A DNA stretch of 64,000 bases from NCBI RefSeq assembly GCF_009914755.1, contig NC_060935.1; one strand, given 5' to 3'. Position numbers and translations under genes: made by a program. The first letter of the stretch is position 1. Every line of letters starts with the position of its first letter. The notes under the pieces were generated by a model. It was not told the origin of the DNA. It saw nothing but the letters and a program-made list of their open reading frames with translations, and ran no database searches. Source of the stretch: the human T2T-CHM13v2.0 reference genome, Homo sapiens. Below, piece after piece: positions 44,360 through 58,161 of this stretch.

Positions 44360-46105
44360 TAAAAGAAATTAAATTAAGTAAAACACAAATAAAAAGAAAG
44401 ATATTCTTTATTCACAAATTGGTAGAATTAATATTGTGAAAATGTCTATCTTACATAAAATGATCTACAGGTGTAATGCAATCCCTATCAAACTACCAGT
44501 GACATTCTCCACATACAAAAGGAATACCCCAATTCATCTTGTCCCACAAAAGAAAACCATCAATAGTCAAAATAATTGAGTATAAAAAAAGGGCAAAGCT
44601 GAAGGCATCACAGAATCTGCCTTTGAAATATACTACAAAGCCACAATAAGCAAAACTGTATGGTACTGGCATAAAAAGACACATAGGCCAATAGAGCAGA
44701 ATAGAGATCCCAGAAATAAATCCATGCATTTACAGCTAACTGAGGTGACAAGAACGTACAATGGTTAAAGGACAAACTCTTTAATACATGGTGCTGGGGA
44801 AAAAAATGGACATCCACATACAGAACAAAGAAGTGAGACCCACATCTCACACCACATATAAAAAGCAACTTGAAATAAAGACTTGAATGTAGTATCTGAA
44901 AGTCTGAAACTACTACAAGAGAACATAAGGGAAAAGAAAATACGATATTGGTTTGGGCAATTATTTTTTGAATTTAACCTCCAAATGCCAGGAAATAGAA
45001 GTAAATGTAGACAAATGAGATTACTTCAAACTAAAAAGCTTCTGCACAGCACCACGTACAATCAATGGAATGATAACCTAGGAATGGAAAAATATTTTAA
45101 AATTATAAATCTGACAAGGGGTTAATATCCAAAATATGTAAGAGACTCAGCTGTACAACGAAAACAAGTAAGTACTAAAAATGAGGAAAAAACTTAGACA
45201 TTTCTCAGAAGACATACGTATAACAAATAGATAAATTTGAAAATGCTAAACATAAATAATTATCCAGGAAAAGCAAATCAAAACCACTGTGAGACACCAA
45301 CTCACTCCTTTCAGAATGACTATTAATAAAAAGACAAAAAAACAAAAACAAAAACAAAAACAAACCAAGGGTTGATAAAGGTGTGAAGAAAGAGAAGGCT
45401 TGCACATTGTTGATGGGAATGTATATTGGTACAGCCATTCTGGAAAACAGAATGAAGATTTCAAAAAAATTAAAAATGGAGCCACCATTTGTTACAGCAA
45501 TCACACTACTGTTTATATATATATTTTTAAGGACATCAGTGTGTTGAAGAGACATTTCCATGCCCATGTTTACTGCAGCACGATTTACTATAGTCATGAT
45601 ATAAAAATCACCCCAAATGTACCGAAATCATGAATTCTGTGACAAATCCCTTCATTTCCAATCACACGGATGAACCTGAAACACATTATGTTAATTTACA
45701 GAAACCAGGTGTAGAAGGAAATATACCATATGTTCTCATATGTGACATCTAAACAAGTTCACCTGTTAAAGTAGAGAGTAGAATTATGGTTACCAGAGGC
45801 AGGGGTTTTTAGGAGGGCAGAGGGTTTGGGGAGTTGATTGTCAAATTAAGACATGATTACAGTGAGATAGGATGACTAAATTTGAGAGATTTATTGTACA
45901 GCATGTTGACTATACTTAACAAGGATGTATTGTGTTTTTAAAAATGAGAAGACAGTCAAATGTTTAGTTCTTACCACATAAAAAATTATATGGGGTAAAG
46001 CATATGATAATTAACTAGAATAAAGCACTTGACACGTATATACCTCAAAACATCATATTTTACATGATATATACACTTTTATGTCAATTAAAAGAATAAA
46101 TAAAC
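44360..46105 (+). mobile_element. L1MA 3' portion (ORF2 end + 3'UTR)
   Basis: Degraded ORF2 (aaaactgtatggtactggcataaaa, aaactaaaagcttctgcacagc) and 3'UTR ending tgtcaattaaaagaataaataaa. Confidence 0.88.
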
Positions 46106-46168
46106 ATTATAGAAGGCTAGCAATGTTCCAAATAATGAAGTCTCTTTCTTAGTCATAAGCTGAGCTAA

Positions 46169-46604
<436 letters not shown>

Positions 46605-46942
46605 TAACCCAAGGACTCCTAGAGTTTCTGGTACTCATGTTGATGGAATGGAAAATACTAAAGACGCAGGTGGCATTAACAGTCCCACCACTAGCTACGC
46701 TATGAACACAGAAAACAGGTTTACATTCCAACTCACAGGCAAATATTTAAATTCAGAAGCTGCCAGGACTCCAGAGATTTATCTAGAAACAATGACCAAT
46801 GAGTTAGATACAGCTAGGTAGCTAAGACTGAGGACTGTAAACTGTGAACTACACAGATTACAGTATAGGAAAATACTATGACATGAAACTGAAAAATCCT
46901 CCATGATTCCAATATCTGGAAAGGAAAGATCGTTCAAAATTT

Positions 46943-47245
<303 letters not shown>

Positions 47246-48684
47246 CATTCAAAATCTTAAGTCCACAGAGGTCATTCTCCTGTTGCTCCACTTACACTCA
47301 AAAATACATTCTGCATGACAACATACATTGTGCTATAAGTATTTCACAGAAAATGTAAAACTTTTTAGTTACCATAAACTCTCCTAAAAATTATTTCAAA
47401 ATATATTTTCTCTTAAGACATTTCAAAATTTGAAGTTTCTTAATACAGTGCTTACCATATACAACCCACTGGTATTAATGCTTTTACTATTCAAACTAAT
47501 GTTATAGTAACCACACTGTGTTAGGACTTAATAACATCTACCTTTTACAAATAAATCCAGGCAATGCTAACTGACCGATTGAATTTTCTGGCCAGCAGAC
47601 AGTGCACGGCTCTTGTCCCAATTAAGTGATCCAAATGTTGTATTCATAGCTATAAATGGCCTCAAACACTCCAGTGAAAAGCAATTTCTCACCACATTAG
47701 AAAATTCCAAACCTCTCCTCAGAACCTGCAAAGTGCTATGTGGAGCGATGTGAGGTGGGGAAAACAGTGAGAAAGTTGTAGCCGTAAGACAGGCAAAGAA
47801 GGGCTGTGATCAATGCACAATTAGGGATGAAAAGAGACAGCAGAAAGCTGAAGATTATTAGAAAATAAAACAAGTGGAATTCCTCTTCATACGTTTGGAG
47901 AAAGCCAGTTGTGTAGCCTGGGAACAGATGTCCTCTCTCCACATGCAACATTAATACCATTTCTTCACCATGGATGTTTTCAGTCTCTAACCTGAAGACA
48001 CAAACTCACTTCAACAGAATTATTTACTTCTAATTATGAAGTATGTTATTCGCCTAGCATTATATTTGTTTACTTCATTTATACATCAAAGCCCAACAAC
48101 TTATGAAGCATCCCCAGTGTTTACCTGAACAAGTGGGCCCAATAAAGTACATAAACTCAACTATGTCCATTATAAAAGTCAAAAGGATAATCAAAGAAAA
48201 ATAGGCTTAAACCGGGTTCTCTAACCGAAAGAAAAAAGTACTAATTAAATAAAAATATAAATTAATATACTCATTGTGAAGTTACTCACATCTGGAAATG
48301 ATTTGGGGAGCATCACTAAGTTTTACAGATATTCTTCTTCTCATCCCTGGGCAGGTCATGGAAATAATGCTGCATGAACAATGGGATAGGAACATTCGAT
48401 GTGAGGTCCAGCATGAATAACAGGCAAGTAAAAACAGAGGGTTTGCATGAGGAGATTCTGAACAAGGAGCCAGAATATTTTACAGAAATGAATTCAATAC
48501 AAAGGAGAGAATAGAGGTTTCTTTCTAAATCTTTGAGGTTTACAGCTTTCTAGTAAATTATCAAGACTATTAAAATTGTTTCAATCCAATCTTATTTTTT
48601 TGTTGTGTGTACCTTCAAAATAGGTAGACACCCACACTCACACTCACACAATTACTTGCTCCATCTTTATTGTGTTTGCTTTGT

Positions 48685-48992
48685 TCTTTTTTTTTTTTTT
48701 TTTTTTGAGACAAGGCACGCTTTGCTGCCCTGGCTGGAGTGCAGTGGCATGATCATAGCTCACTGCAACCTTGAGATCTCCCAGGCTCACGTGGTCCTTC
48801 CACCTCAGCCTCCTGAGTAGCTGGGACTGAAAGTGTGCACCACCGCTCCCAGCTAATTTTTAAAAAATCTATAGTGGAGACAAGGTCTTACTATGTTGCC
48901 CAGGCTGGTCCTAAACTTTTCAGCTCAAGTGATCCTCCCATCTTGGCCTCCCAAAGTGCTGGGATTACAGATGTGAGCCGCCATGTCCAGCC
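48685..48992 (-). mobile_element. AluJ
   Basis: Antisense J-type Alu with poly-T. Confidence 0.88.
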
Positions 48993-49500
48993 TAGTTTAT
49001 CTTTACAGTAATATATTTGTATATTTAACTCCATGTAAATCAAAGCTGAATCTATGTGCTCTGCAGGGCAGAGAAGTTGTACACCCAACAAAGACTATAG
49101 GAAAAAATTTAAAAATACTCAGAAATATACGTATTTTATTTATACACCTGTATAATATTTATTATAGCAATAATAGTGACTCTGTAGTTACAAAAAGAGG
49201 GAAAGGATTTTAAAAAATCCCTGGGAGATGCTATTCCACTATGCCACCCAGTAGCACCTTGTCACCATCTGTTATCGACATCTTCCACTAACATGGAATT
49301 GGTTTTTGGTAGGATAACCCTTTATTCTATGAACCGCAGGCTTAACACGTTTAACACAGTTGTGTTTAATTAAAAACAAATGAAGTTCACATAGAATCTT
49401 AAAAAGCATTTCAAAATTTATGGTATATTACCTTAACAAAATACTGGTAAAACTATTAATTTATAAAATTCAAAATGTTTCCCTCTTCCTATAATGCAGG

Positions 49501-49938
49501 TGTAAGGTCAGCCGAGAGAAAGGATGAGGAGACCCAAAGTCAGGCAAGCAAGCTTTACTGAGCTGCTTGGCTGCTCTACCACAGTTGAAGGAGGCAGACC
49601 CGCTTACAGAAAATAGCAGGCTTTTATAGGGCCAGAACCAGGTCGGGGTTGGGGAGCTGAGTTGGGGGTGCAGGAGAACTGGGTCAGGGTCGGGGAGCTG
49701 AGTGAGTCAGGGGTGCAAGTGACTTGTCCGCATCCTGGAGATGTTTTTTTGCCAGCTTTGTTATGCGAGGTGAACAGATATGTTGACCGCATCCTGTAAC
49801 TGTCCGGACAGTTACTGGAGGGGTCAGTGAAGGGGGATTTGTCTTTTGCCCTGGGGTAGCTGTGCGGAGAGCGCAAAGGACTGTATTGTAAGGCCTGTGG
49901 GAGGGGAAGGGAATGGTCTGGTCGGGGCGACCCTAACA
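49501..49938 (-). mobile_element. Proviral 3' LTR
   Basis: TGTTAGGG...CCTTACA; TATA present; poly(A) signal is AGTAAA. Confidence 0.95.
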
Positions 49939-50199
49939 TTTTAGCCTTTTAATCGATGATAGGAAAGGGGACGCCATTTTTCGCCTGGCTACTTCAAGCT
50001 GAGAGGGGGCAGTGTTTAGGGGGAAGGCTGGAAGGTAGGGGTTGGTCCTGGTACTGGTTTTGAAATTGCCGGTATTCTTGCAGTAGCGTCATGTCTTTCA
50101 TGGTTCCGTGGGTGAAAGCTCGGACGCGGTTCCGTAAAAACTGGGTACAGAGACGTAAGAGGCAGGGCCCAAAGACTGGAAGGAGAATGGTTAGGACGG

Positions 50200-50490
50200 G
50201 TCCTAGGAGTGGGAGTAACCAGGAGGCCTAAGAGCTGAGAGACCAAGGGGGCCAAGAGGGCCAGGCAGAGGAGGTGATTTTTCTTTTTTCTGTGAGTGCG
50301 GGGGAGGGCTTGGTCTTTTAGTTGTTTGACTGCACCCTGAACCAGGCCTGACTGATTGAAATAGAAGCAGCATTCCTCATCTAGGAAGATCCAGAGACTT
50401 CCTTTTTCTGCAGTAAGCAAATCAAGGCCTTTGCGGTTTTGTAGGGTAACTGCTGCTAGGGAGTCTAGTTGGTTTTGGAGGTGGGTAATA
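50200..50490 (-). pseudogene. env: env TM remnant with immunosuppressive domain
   Basis: LAAVTLQNRKGLDLLTAEKGSLWIFLDEECCFYFNQSG. Confidence 0.9.
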
Positions 50491-50929
50491 GTCTACAATT
50501 TTTTTTTTTTCAGGAAAGCCTGTAAGTCTGTAGAGAGTGCCTGGAAATATGATAATGAGGATCCTCTTAACTGGTGTGTAGGAATAGATGGAGAGCGGAG
50601 GGTCCCTTGGGAGGAAGTGACAGAGCATATATGACAGTTTGAGGTTATGTTTTTTAATAAGGTAAATAGGTCGGGGGAAGAGAAATATAGGCAAAGGAGA
50701 AGGTACGGGGGGTGCACACCAACGTGGAAAGATTGGTGAAGGGATGTTAGAATTTTTTTTTTTTTTTGGTTTGTTTTTGGTGGAGGATGAGTTTTTGATT
50801 ATCTAGTTGCTTTCGAAGGAGGTTCCTTGTTGTAGTAGTGAGCCCTTTTTTTAGTGGGGAATTCTGGGGTTGGATTGTAGGGGTAATGAGGAGGAGAGAG
50901 CCAGGGGGAGAAGAAAGGGAGAGCTTCTT

Positions 50930-52780
50930 TGCTGCCTTATCAGCTTTCGTGCTTCTTTTTGAGATTTTATTTGAACCTGTTTGATGTCCTGCTTTGGTTG
51001 GAAGGTGTGCAGCCTGAAGTAGCTGGTAAATAAGGGGAGCTGTTAGTGATGAGGGTTCCTTTGGCAGTAAGGAATCCTCTTTTGCCAGATGGCAGCGTGG
51101 GAATGAAGGATGTGATAGGCATCTTTGGAGTTTGTATAAATGTTGACTTGTTTGCCTTTGGAAAGGGTTAGGGCTCTGGTGAGAGCTGTAAGTTCTGCTT
51201 TTTTGGGGGAGGTTCCTGAAGGTAGGGGCCTGGCTTTAATTACTTGGTCAAGAGAAACAACTGCATATCCAGCAATTCTGGAGGAGCCAGCGGGCCTGGA
51301 AGAGGAGCCATCTATGAATAGCTGGTCATTGGGGTTGGCGAGACGCTTGGAGGAAATGTTTGGGAAGTGTGGCTGCTGGTGGTCTAGGATGTCAGTGCAA
51401 GAATGAGTAGGAAGGGAAGAGGATATGGGGAGTAAGGATGCTGGGTTGAGGGGAGCACTTTTGGCAAGGCAGAATTTGGGATTTTTGATAAAGAGGGCAT
51501 GGAGTAATTGAATCTGGGAAGGAGGAGGAGAACTTAATGCTTGGGAGGAGAGGAGATGTAGATTATGAGGACTGTAGATGGTGGTATTTGGGCTGAATGT
51601 TAGCATCTTGCTTTCTAGAGCTAAAACTGCTGCTGCTGCTGTACTGTAAGACAGGTTGGCCACCCTTTGACTGTGTTGTTGAGTTGTTCAGAGAGGCAGG
51701 CTACAGGAGAAAAGGAAGGAGGATTTTATTTTTGTTGTCTTAAGACACCAAGGGCTATTCTTTGGTTTTTTGGCAGTATAGAGAGTGAAAGGTTGGGAGA
51801 TATTAGGTAAGGACAGAGCCGGTGCAGTGATAAGAGTGGTTTGGAGTTTGCGGAAGTTGGGGAGTATGTTATGTGAGGAGTTTAGGAGTTTATTGAGGGG
51901 GCCTTTGGCTGCTTTATAAAGGGGGTGAGCTAGGGGGGCAAAGTTGGGAATCCATATTTTTAAAAAGCCTGTTAGCCCTAGGAAGGAAAGGATTTAGTTT
52001 TTTGAAGAAGGTGGAGATAGACTGTCTATTAAGGCTGCCCATGCCGGGGTCATGGCTTGAGACCCGGGGGAAGGTTGAACTCTTAAGTAGGTCCCGGTAG
52101 GGGTGGAAAGCTGTTCTTTAGAGGGGAGACCCTATAGCCTTTATTAGTAAGGAAATTCAGAAGGGTGGCAGTGTGAGTTTGGGAGTTTTTTAGGGAGGGG
52201 CTACAGAGAAGGAGGTCATCTAGATATTGAAGAAGGCGGCTGGGGGAAAGATCCAAGGAGGCAAGGTCTTGGGCTAGGGCTTGCCCGAAGAAAAGAAGGC
52301 TATCCTGGAAGCCCTGAGGGAGGACAGTCCACGTGAGTTGTTGTGACTGGAGGGTGTTGGGGTCAGTCTGGGTGAAAGCAAAGAGGTTTTGGGAATCGGG
52401 GTGTAGGGGAATGGTGAAGAAGGCATCTTTCAGGTCAATTGTGGTGTAGTGGGTGGTGCTGGAGGGGATGAGAGGGATAAGTGTATAGGGGTTAGGGACT
52501 ACAGGATGAATAGGGAGGACAGCCTGATTGATAACTCGGAGGTCCTGAACGAGTTGGTATGAGCTGTCAGATTTTTTAATAGGGAGGATGGGGTTGTTAT
52601 ATGGAGTGTTGGTCTAAGACGACTGTGTGAGCAGAGCTTATGATGGGTTGTAAGTCCTTTGGTGTGTTAGGGAAGTGGGGTATTGGGGAATGTTGGGAAA
52701 TTTAGAGGGGTCTTTTAACTGGATTTTGATGAGGTCCTGGTGAGCAGCTATGGAAGGGGTGATGGTGTCCCACACTACTG
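50930..52780 (-). pseudogene. pol: pol remnant (RT, tether, RNase H)
   Basis: IDLKDAFF, LPQGF, QYLDDLLL (about 52210-52235), FIDGSS, KAELTALTRAL; frameshifted. Confidence 0.92.
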
Positions 52781-52782
52781 GG

Positions 52783-53200
52783 TTAATGAGGGAGGCGGGT
52801 AGCGGGTGCTGGGGAGTGGGGTTCAGGGGCCAGACTAGCAGAGAGGAGCAGGAGGGACTCTGGTTGAGGGGGACAGGAAAACATGATAGAAGCTTTGAAT
52901 TTGGTTAAAATGTCTTGGCCTAGGATTGGGGTGGGGCAATGAGGCATGATAAGGAAGGAGTGTGAAAAAGCAGTATTAAACAGGGAACAAATAAATAATT
53001 CAGTAGCACGTGGACACCAGACCAGTCCATCAACCCCTACAACAGAGACCTGGGAAGGGCAAGTGGGTCCTAAAGATTCAGGTAAAACCAAGTAGGTGGC
53101 CCCACTATCAATTAAGAAAGAGACTGGCTTACCTGCCATTAGCAGAGTTACCCTGGGTTCCGATGCAGTGACGGCAGATGGGGCCGGGGGCCCTGGGCTC
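52783..53200 (-). pseudogene. pro: Retroviral protease remnant
   Basis: FLIDSGAT active-site motif, PILGQDIL. Confidence 0.9.
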
Positions 53201-53202
53201 TG

Positions 53203-54782
53203 TCAATCTTCAGTGGCCAGGACAAGGAGCTGTGGGAGTGGGAGTGACTCTTCACTCTTCGTTTTGCCAGGGCCTTGAGGAACCGGCCTGTTAGTCTGCT
53301 TGTTAAGAGGACAATCAGACTTCCAGTGACCAGTTTGTTGGCAGGCTGGGCAAGGAGTTTTTGGCAATCATGGGTTAGGGCATGCTCGGGCCCAGTGACC
53401 TTCTTTGCAGCACTTAAAACAGGGCCCGGGAGGGTCACTGCTATGGGGTCTATTGTGCCCCTGGGCAGCCCGAGTAGGCTGACAAATAGCTGCTGCTAGG
53501 AGCTGGTACTTGGCACAATCTCCTTGGGCTTTATCTAATTTATTTTGCTCATCTCTGTTGCTGAAGACCTTAAAGGCCAGGTTAAGGAGGTCTCGTTGAG
53601 GGGTTTGAGGGCTGTCTTCTACCTTTTTGAGCTTGCGCCATAAGTCAGAAGCAGACCTTCCTGGGAGGTGGGGTTAACATGGGTGTATTTTTGGAGGGCC
53701 TCTGTAAGGTGGGAAAGAAATTTGGTGGGATTTTTGTCGGCCCTTTGGGAGATTTTTTTGAGCTTTTCAAAGTTACAGCCTTATGGGCAGCTTTATTAAG
53801 ACCTGAGATAAGGCAAGTGATCATGTGGTTATGAGATGCCCGGCTGGGGTCTGTGGGTTGGTACTCCCGGGAGGGTTTTTCCCAGGGAACTGCAGCAGCC
53901 CCTATGGGCTTAGTACGGTCTTGTGGATGAAGATCATTGGCATGCCTGAGCTGCAAGCCACTCTTTTCTTTTCTTTTTTTTTTTTCTGGGAGGAGAGTAT
54001 AAGAGAGGATAATATAGAGATCATGCCAAGTGAGTTTGTAAGATTGGGTGAGGTATTTGAGCTTTTTGATATAAGTGTCAGGATTGGAGGAAAAGGACCT
54101 GAGATGTTTCTTAATTTGCGAAAGGTTAAGAGAGGGAGAAGGGAATGTGGACGCAAACGACTCCTTTAGCCCCAGCCACCTCTCAGAGGGGAAGTAAGGG
54201 GGCCGAGTGTTGGGCATGCTGAGTCTGAGAGCGGGTATGAGGTGGAGATGGGGAGGAATCAGAATCAGAAGCTGGGTGGTTGGAGAGAGGAAGAGAACGA
54301 AGGCAGGAGCGGGATTGTATGGTGGAGGATTGTGATGATTTGGGGGAGGATTACGGTGCTGTTGGGGAAAAGTTGGCAGGATCAAAGAAGGAAGAATCAT
54401 TGGGAGGAGCGGTGACGGGGGTGGGGGTCTGAGGATGGGTCAGGTTTGGAGCAGGCGAGGATTTGGAAAGTAGAGCAGGACTGACAGAGGGAGGGATGGC
54501 TATGGAGGGCAAACGAAAGCCTGAACATAAGGAATCTCTGACCACTTTCCATTGCGATGGCAGAAGTTGTCTAGGTACCTGAGAATGTTGAAATTTAAAG
54601 TGCCGTTTTCAGGCCATTGGGAGCCATTGTTTAGTTTATATTGTGGCCAGGCGGTGTTACAATAAAAGATGAGGTTTTTTTTTGGCTGAATTTCGGAATG
54701 GAGGCTAAGGGCATTAAGGTTATGATGGAGGAGACACCCGAAGCGGGGATGTCTTTGAGGGAGGGGATTGGAAGGCTCCCAT
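53203..54782 (-). pseudogene. gag: gag remnant
   Basis: ATG GGA (MGAFQS) at 54782; PPPY late domain; YLTQSYKLTWHDLYIILS capsid; ends LATED-TGA at 53203-53205. Confidence 0.9.
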
Positions 54783-55187
54783 AGTGGAATGAGAAAGGGA
54801 GGGGTAGAGATGGGAGACTTGGCCGGAGACTAGAATGGTGGGAGAACGCGTCCCTTGTCCCACAGTTCAAGTCGGAGAAGTGCGATAATCCCCGGTTCAG
54901 GCATCCTTGATAGGAGATATCGAGGGCCTCCTGGAGGCCAGGAGGAGGAAACCCTTGGCCCAGTGCTGGGTCTTTTAGGAAGGAAAGAGCAGACAAGGGT
55001 TCCAGACACAAGGCGAAAGTCTCCTTTACTCAACCCTGAGGAGGCCCTGGTGTTGGATGTGTTCGCCAGCAATGGAAAGTATGTATGAGATCCTTGGGTC
55101 TCTAGCAGGTTCTGGAAGGGGGAGTTCAGCCAGGGGAAGGAGGGAGAGAAAGAGAAAGGGAGAAAGGGAGGCCGAACTCTATCACCT

Positions 55188-55205
55188 TTCCGGGTTTCGG
55201 CACCA
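55188..55205 (-). other. Primer-binding site for tRNA-Phe
   Basis: TGGTGCCGAAACCCGGAA, 17/18 complementary to the tRNA-Phe 3' end. Confidence 0.95.
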
Positions 55206-55209
55206 GAAA

Positions 55210-55642
55210 TGTAAGGTCAGCCAAGAGAAAGGATGAAGAGACCCAAAGTCAGGCAAGCAAGCTTTATTGAGCTGCTTGGCTGCTCCACCACAGTTAGAGG
55301 AGGCAGCCCTGCTTACAGACTATAGCAGGTTTTTATAGGGCCAGAACTAGGTCGGGGTGTGGGAGCTGAGTTGGGGGTGCAGGAGAACTGGGTTGGGGTG
55401 GGGGAGCTTAGTCGAGGGTGCAGGTGTCTTGTCTGCATCCTGGAGATGTTTTTTGCCAGCTTTGTTATGCGAGGTGAACAGACATGTTAACCGCATCCTG
55501 TAACTGTCTGCACAGTTACTGGAGGGATCAGTGAAGGGGGGTTTGTTTTTTGCCCTGGGGTAGCTGTGCGGAGAGCACAAGGGACCGTATTGTAAGTCCT
55601 GTGGGAGGGGAAGGGAACGGTCTGATCAGGGTGACCCTAACA
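55210..55642 (-). mobile_element. Proviral 5' LTR
   Basis: Homologous to 49501-49938 (about 9% different by eye); TATAAA at 55332-55337; AATAAA at 55263-55268. Confidence 0.95.
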
Positions 55643-56490
55643 GAAGAGTATTATTCTAAACACCTATCTCATAAATCACTTACAAGTATATAAAACAACC
55701 ACAAAGAGCCTCTCTACCAAGATTTTACTCACGCATCTTACATTTCAGTGTCTTTCACCTTTCACGGACAAGTATATCAGTGATGCACACCTAAGAGAAA
55801 AGAATTTCTCATATCTCTGACGCAGCAACAACTGACCATGTGTTTTCACATCAGCACTAGAAATGAAGACACAGCATCTACTGATTTGAGAATAGAATGA
55901 CATCAATATTCGCTTTTCAAAAATTTAACATTTTTTCAATGCAAAAAAGTATATTTTGAATGTAATTATAACTCTACAAAAACTCAGTCTCATCCTCCTT
56001 TTAAACTTAAATATAAATGATCTATTTTAAGTCTAGATGTCTCTGTAGACTCAACACAGGGATTCAGTGTCATTTCTGAACGTGTCCGTGCTCTATTCCT
56101 TTCTCCTTCAAATCCTCCATTGTTTACTTAAATTGGATTTTGCTTATTTTTCCATTTAGTGTATTTGCAAAATATCTTTTAGTATGAACTCTAGTGTTTT
56201 CTAAGCTATCATTTTTGAACAAATGTTATTCCACATTTATGAGATTTGTTGGGTTTCTCTACAAATTTTCTGAAAGTTTAAGCAACTGATGCAAGTCTTC
56301 CATCTAGTATAATTGTAACATTTTTTTCAGAAGAAATACTCTTGTGTGCTCTGGAGACTTATATTTCATGAAAGGTCTTTCAATAGTAATTACATTTATG
56401 ATAACTTTATTAAGTCTGAACTCTGATGTAAAGTGGGATGCGAGCAGATACTAACGGCTTTGCCTATTTTTATATTTGTTTATTTTTTTC

Positions 56491-57938
56491 TCAAGTATGA
56501 ATGCTTTCATGTACAGTCAGGTGTGAGAACTGGGTGAAGGCTTTGCCACACTTTTCACACTTGTAGGGTTTCTCTCCAGTATGAATTCTCTTATGTACAA
56601 TAAGGTTTGAGGACTGGGTAAAGTTTTTTCCACATTCGTCACATTTGTAGGGTTTCTCTCCAGTATGGGTTTTCTTATGTTTGGTAATGTCTGAGAACCA
56701 CATGAAGACTCTGCCACATTCTTCACACTTGTAGGGTTTCTCTCCAGTATGAATTCTCTTATGTACAATAAGGTTGGAGGACTGGGTAAAGTTTTTTCCA
56801 CATTCGTCACATTTGTAGGGCTTCTCTCCAGTATGGGTTTTCTTATGCTTAGTGAGGTCTGATAACTGCTTAAAGATGTTGCCACATTCTTCACACGTGT
56901 AGGGTTTTTCTTCAGAATGAGTTCTCTTATGGTTAGAAAGGCTTGAGCAAGTTCTGAAGACCTTCCCACATTCTTCACATTGGTAGGGTTTCTCTCCGGT
57001 GTGAATCCTCCTGTGTTCACTGAGGTGTGAGGACTGTGTATAGGCTTTCCCACATTCGTCACATTTGTATGGTTTCTCACCAGTGTGAATTCTCTTATGT
57101 TTAGTAAGGTCTGAGAACCACTTGAAGATGCTGTCACATTCCTCACATTTGAAAGGTTTCCCTCCAATCTCATTTCTCTGGTGTTTGGAAGGATTTGGGC
57201 TGTGGTTAAAACCTTTGTACCATGTTTCACATTTGGAGAGCTTCTCTCCAGCAAGAATCATCTGTTGATTAGAAAGGCTTGAGCAAGAGATAAAGACACT
57301 GCTGCACTCTTCATATTTGCAGGGTTTTTCCTCAGTACCATGCTCATGTTCAGTAAGGTGGGAGCACTGGTTAAATACTTTGCCAAATTCTTCACATCTG
57401 TAATGTTCCCCTCCGGCATAAATTCTATTTTTAGTAAGGACTGAGCAAGTTTTAATGACGTTGTTACATTCTTGACACTTGTAAGGTTTCTCTCCAGTGT
57501 CAATGTTCTCAGGTTCAGTAAAGTGTGAGCACTGGATAAAGGTTTTGCCACATTCTCCACATTTTTGGAATTTTTTTCCAGTGTGAATTTTCTGATGTTC
57601 AGTTAGGAATGAGAGCATTTGAAAGGATTTGCCACATTCTTGACATTTGAAAGGTTTCTCTCCAGTATTACTTATATTACGTCTATGTAAATTTGAAAAG
57701 TTATCAAAGATTTTAACATATTTATTATATTGAAAGATTTTGCTATGGGTAGTTGATGAACATTGGTTAAGTCCATTATAATCTTTTTGCAACTTACACT
57801 CATCTAAACTTTCCCAGTCTTTCCTTAAATATAAATTATCAAGGCCACAATTTCCATATCCTCTCAGTATTCTTTTTGGGAATGCATCTTGTATGCCCTG
57901 CTCTGGCAGAAGGTCTTGGGTAAAATGAGAAGACATAG
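56491..57938 (-). CDS. ZNF195: ZNF195 last coding exon (spacer + C2H2 zinc-finger array)
   Basis: Poly-T/CAG acceptor ending at 57939; open frame of about 481 aa with TGEKPY linkers; 9 intact and about 5 degenerate fingers. Confidence 0.95.
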
Positions 57939-58092
57939 CTGAAAAAAAAAAAAAAAGTTATCCGACTTACTAGACACAGATGAATGCACTTTATGAATCT
58001 AATCTATAAAATAATACTGGGTACATTAGCAAAATGGCATAAAAAATACCACAGGCCCTAATTTCTGTATAAACATATAAATGTAACAATAC

Positions 58093-58161
58093 CTAGTGAG
58101 AAGATGCATCTGAACTCTAAAAACCATTTCACAGTTTGCAGCACCCCAGGTGAGCACAGTG
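58093..58161 (-). CDS. ZNF195: ZNF195 alternative spacer exon (69 nt, ALCSPGVLQTVKWFLEFRCIFSL)
   Basis: AG/GT bounded, phase 1-1, open; matches recalled ZNF195 long isoform. Confidence 0.85.

Larger units (their letters stand above)
49501..55642 (-). mobile_element. HERV-F (HERV-Fc2/LTR46-like) provirus, integrase and most of env deleted
   Basis: Two homologous LTRs, tRNA-Phe PBS, gag-pro-pol remnants, env TM remnant; subfamily name from recall. Confidence 0.92.

Noticed and set aside
56517-57254. 245-aa alternative-frame ORF overlapping ZNF195
   Set aside because: Common by-product of zinc-finger repeat codon structure; no independent support
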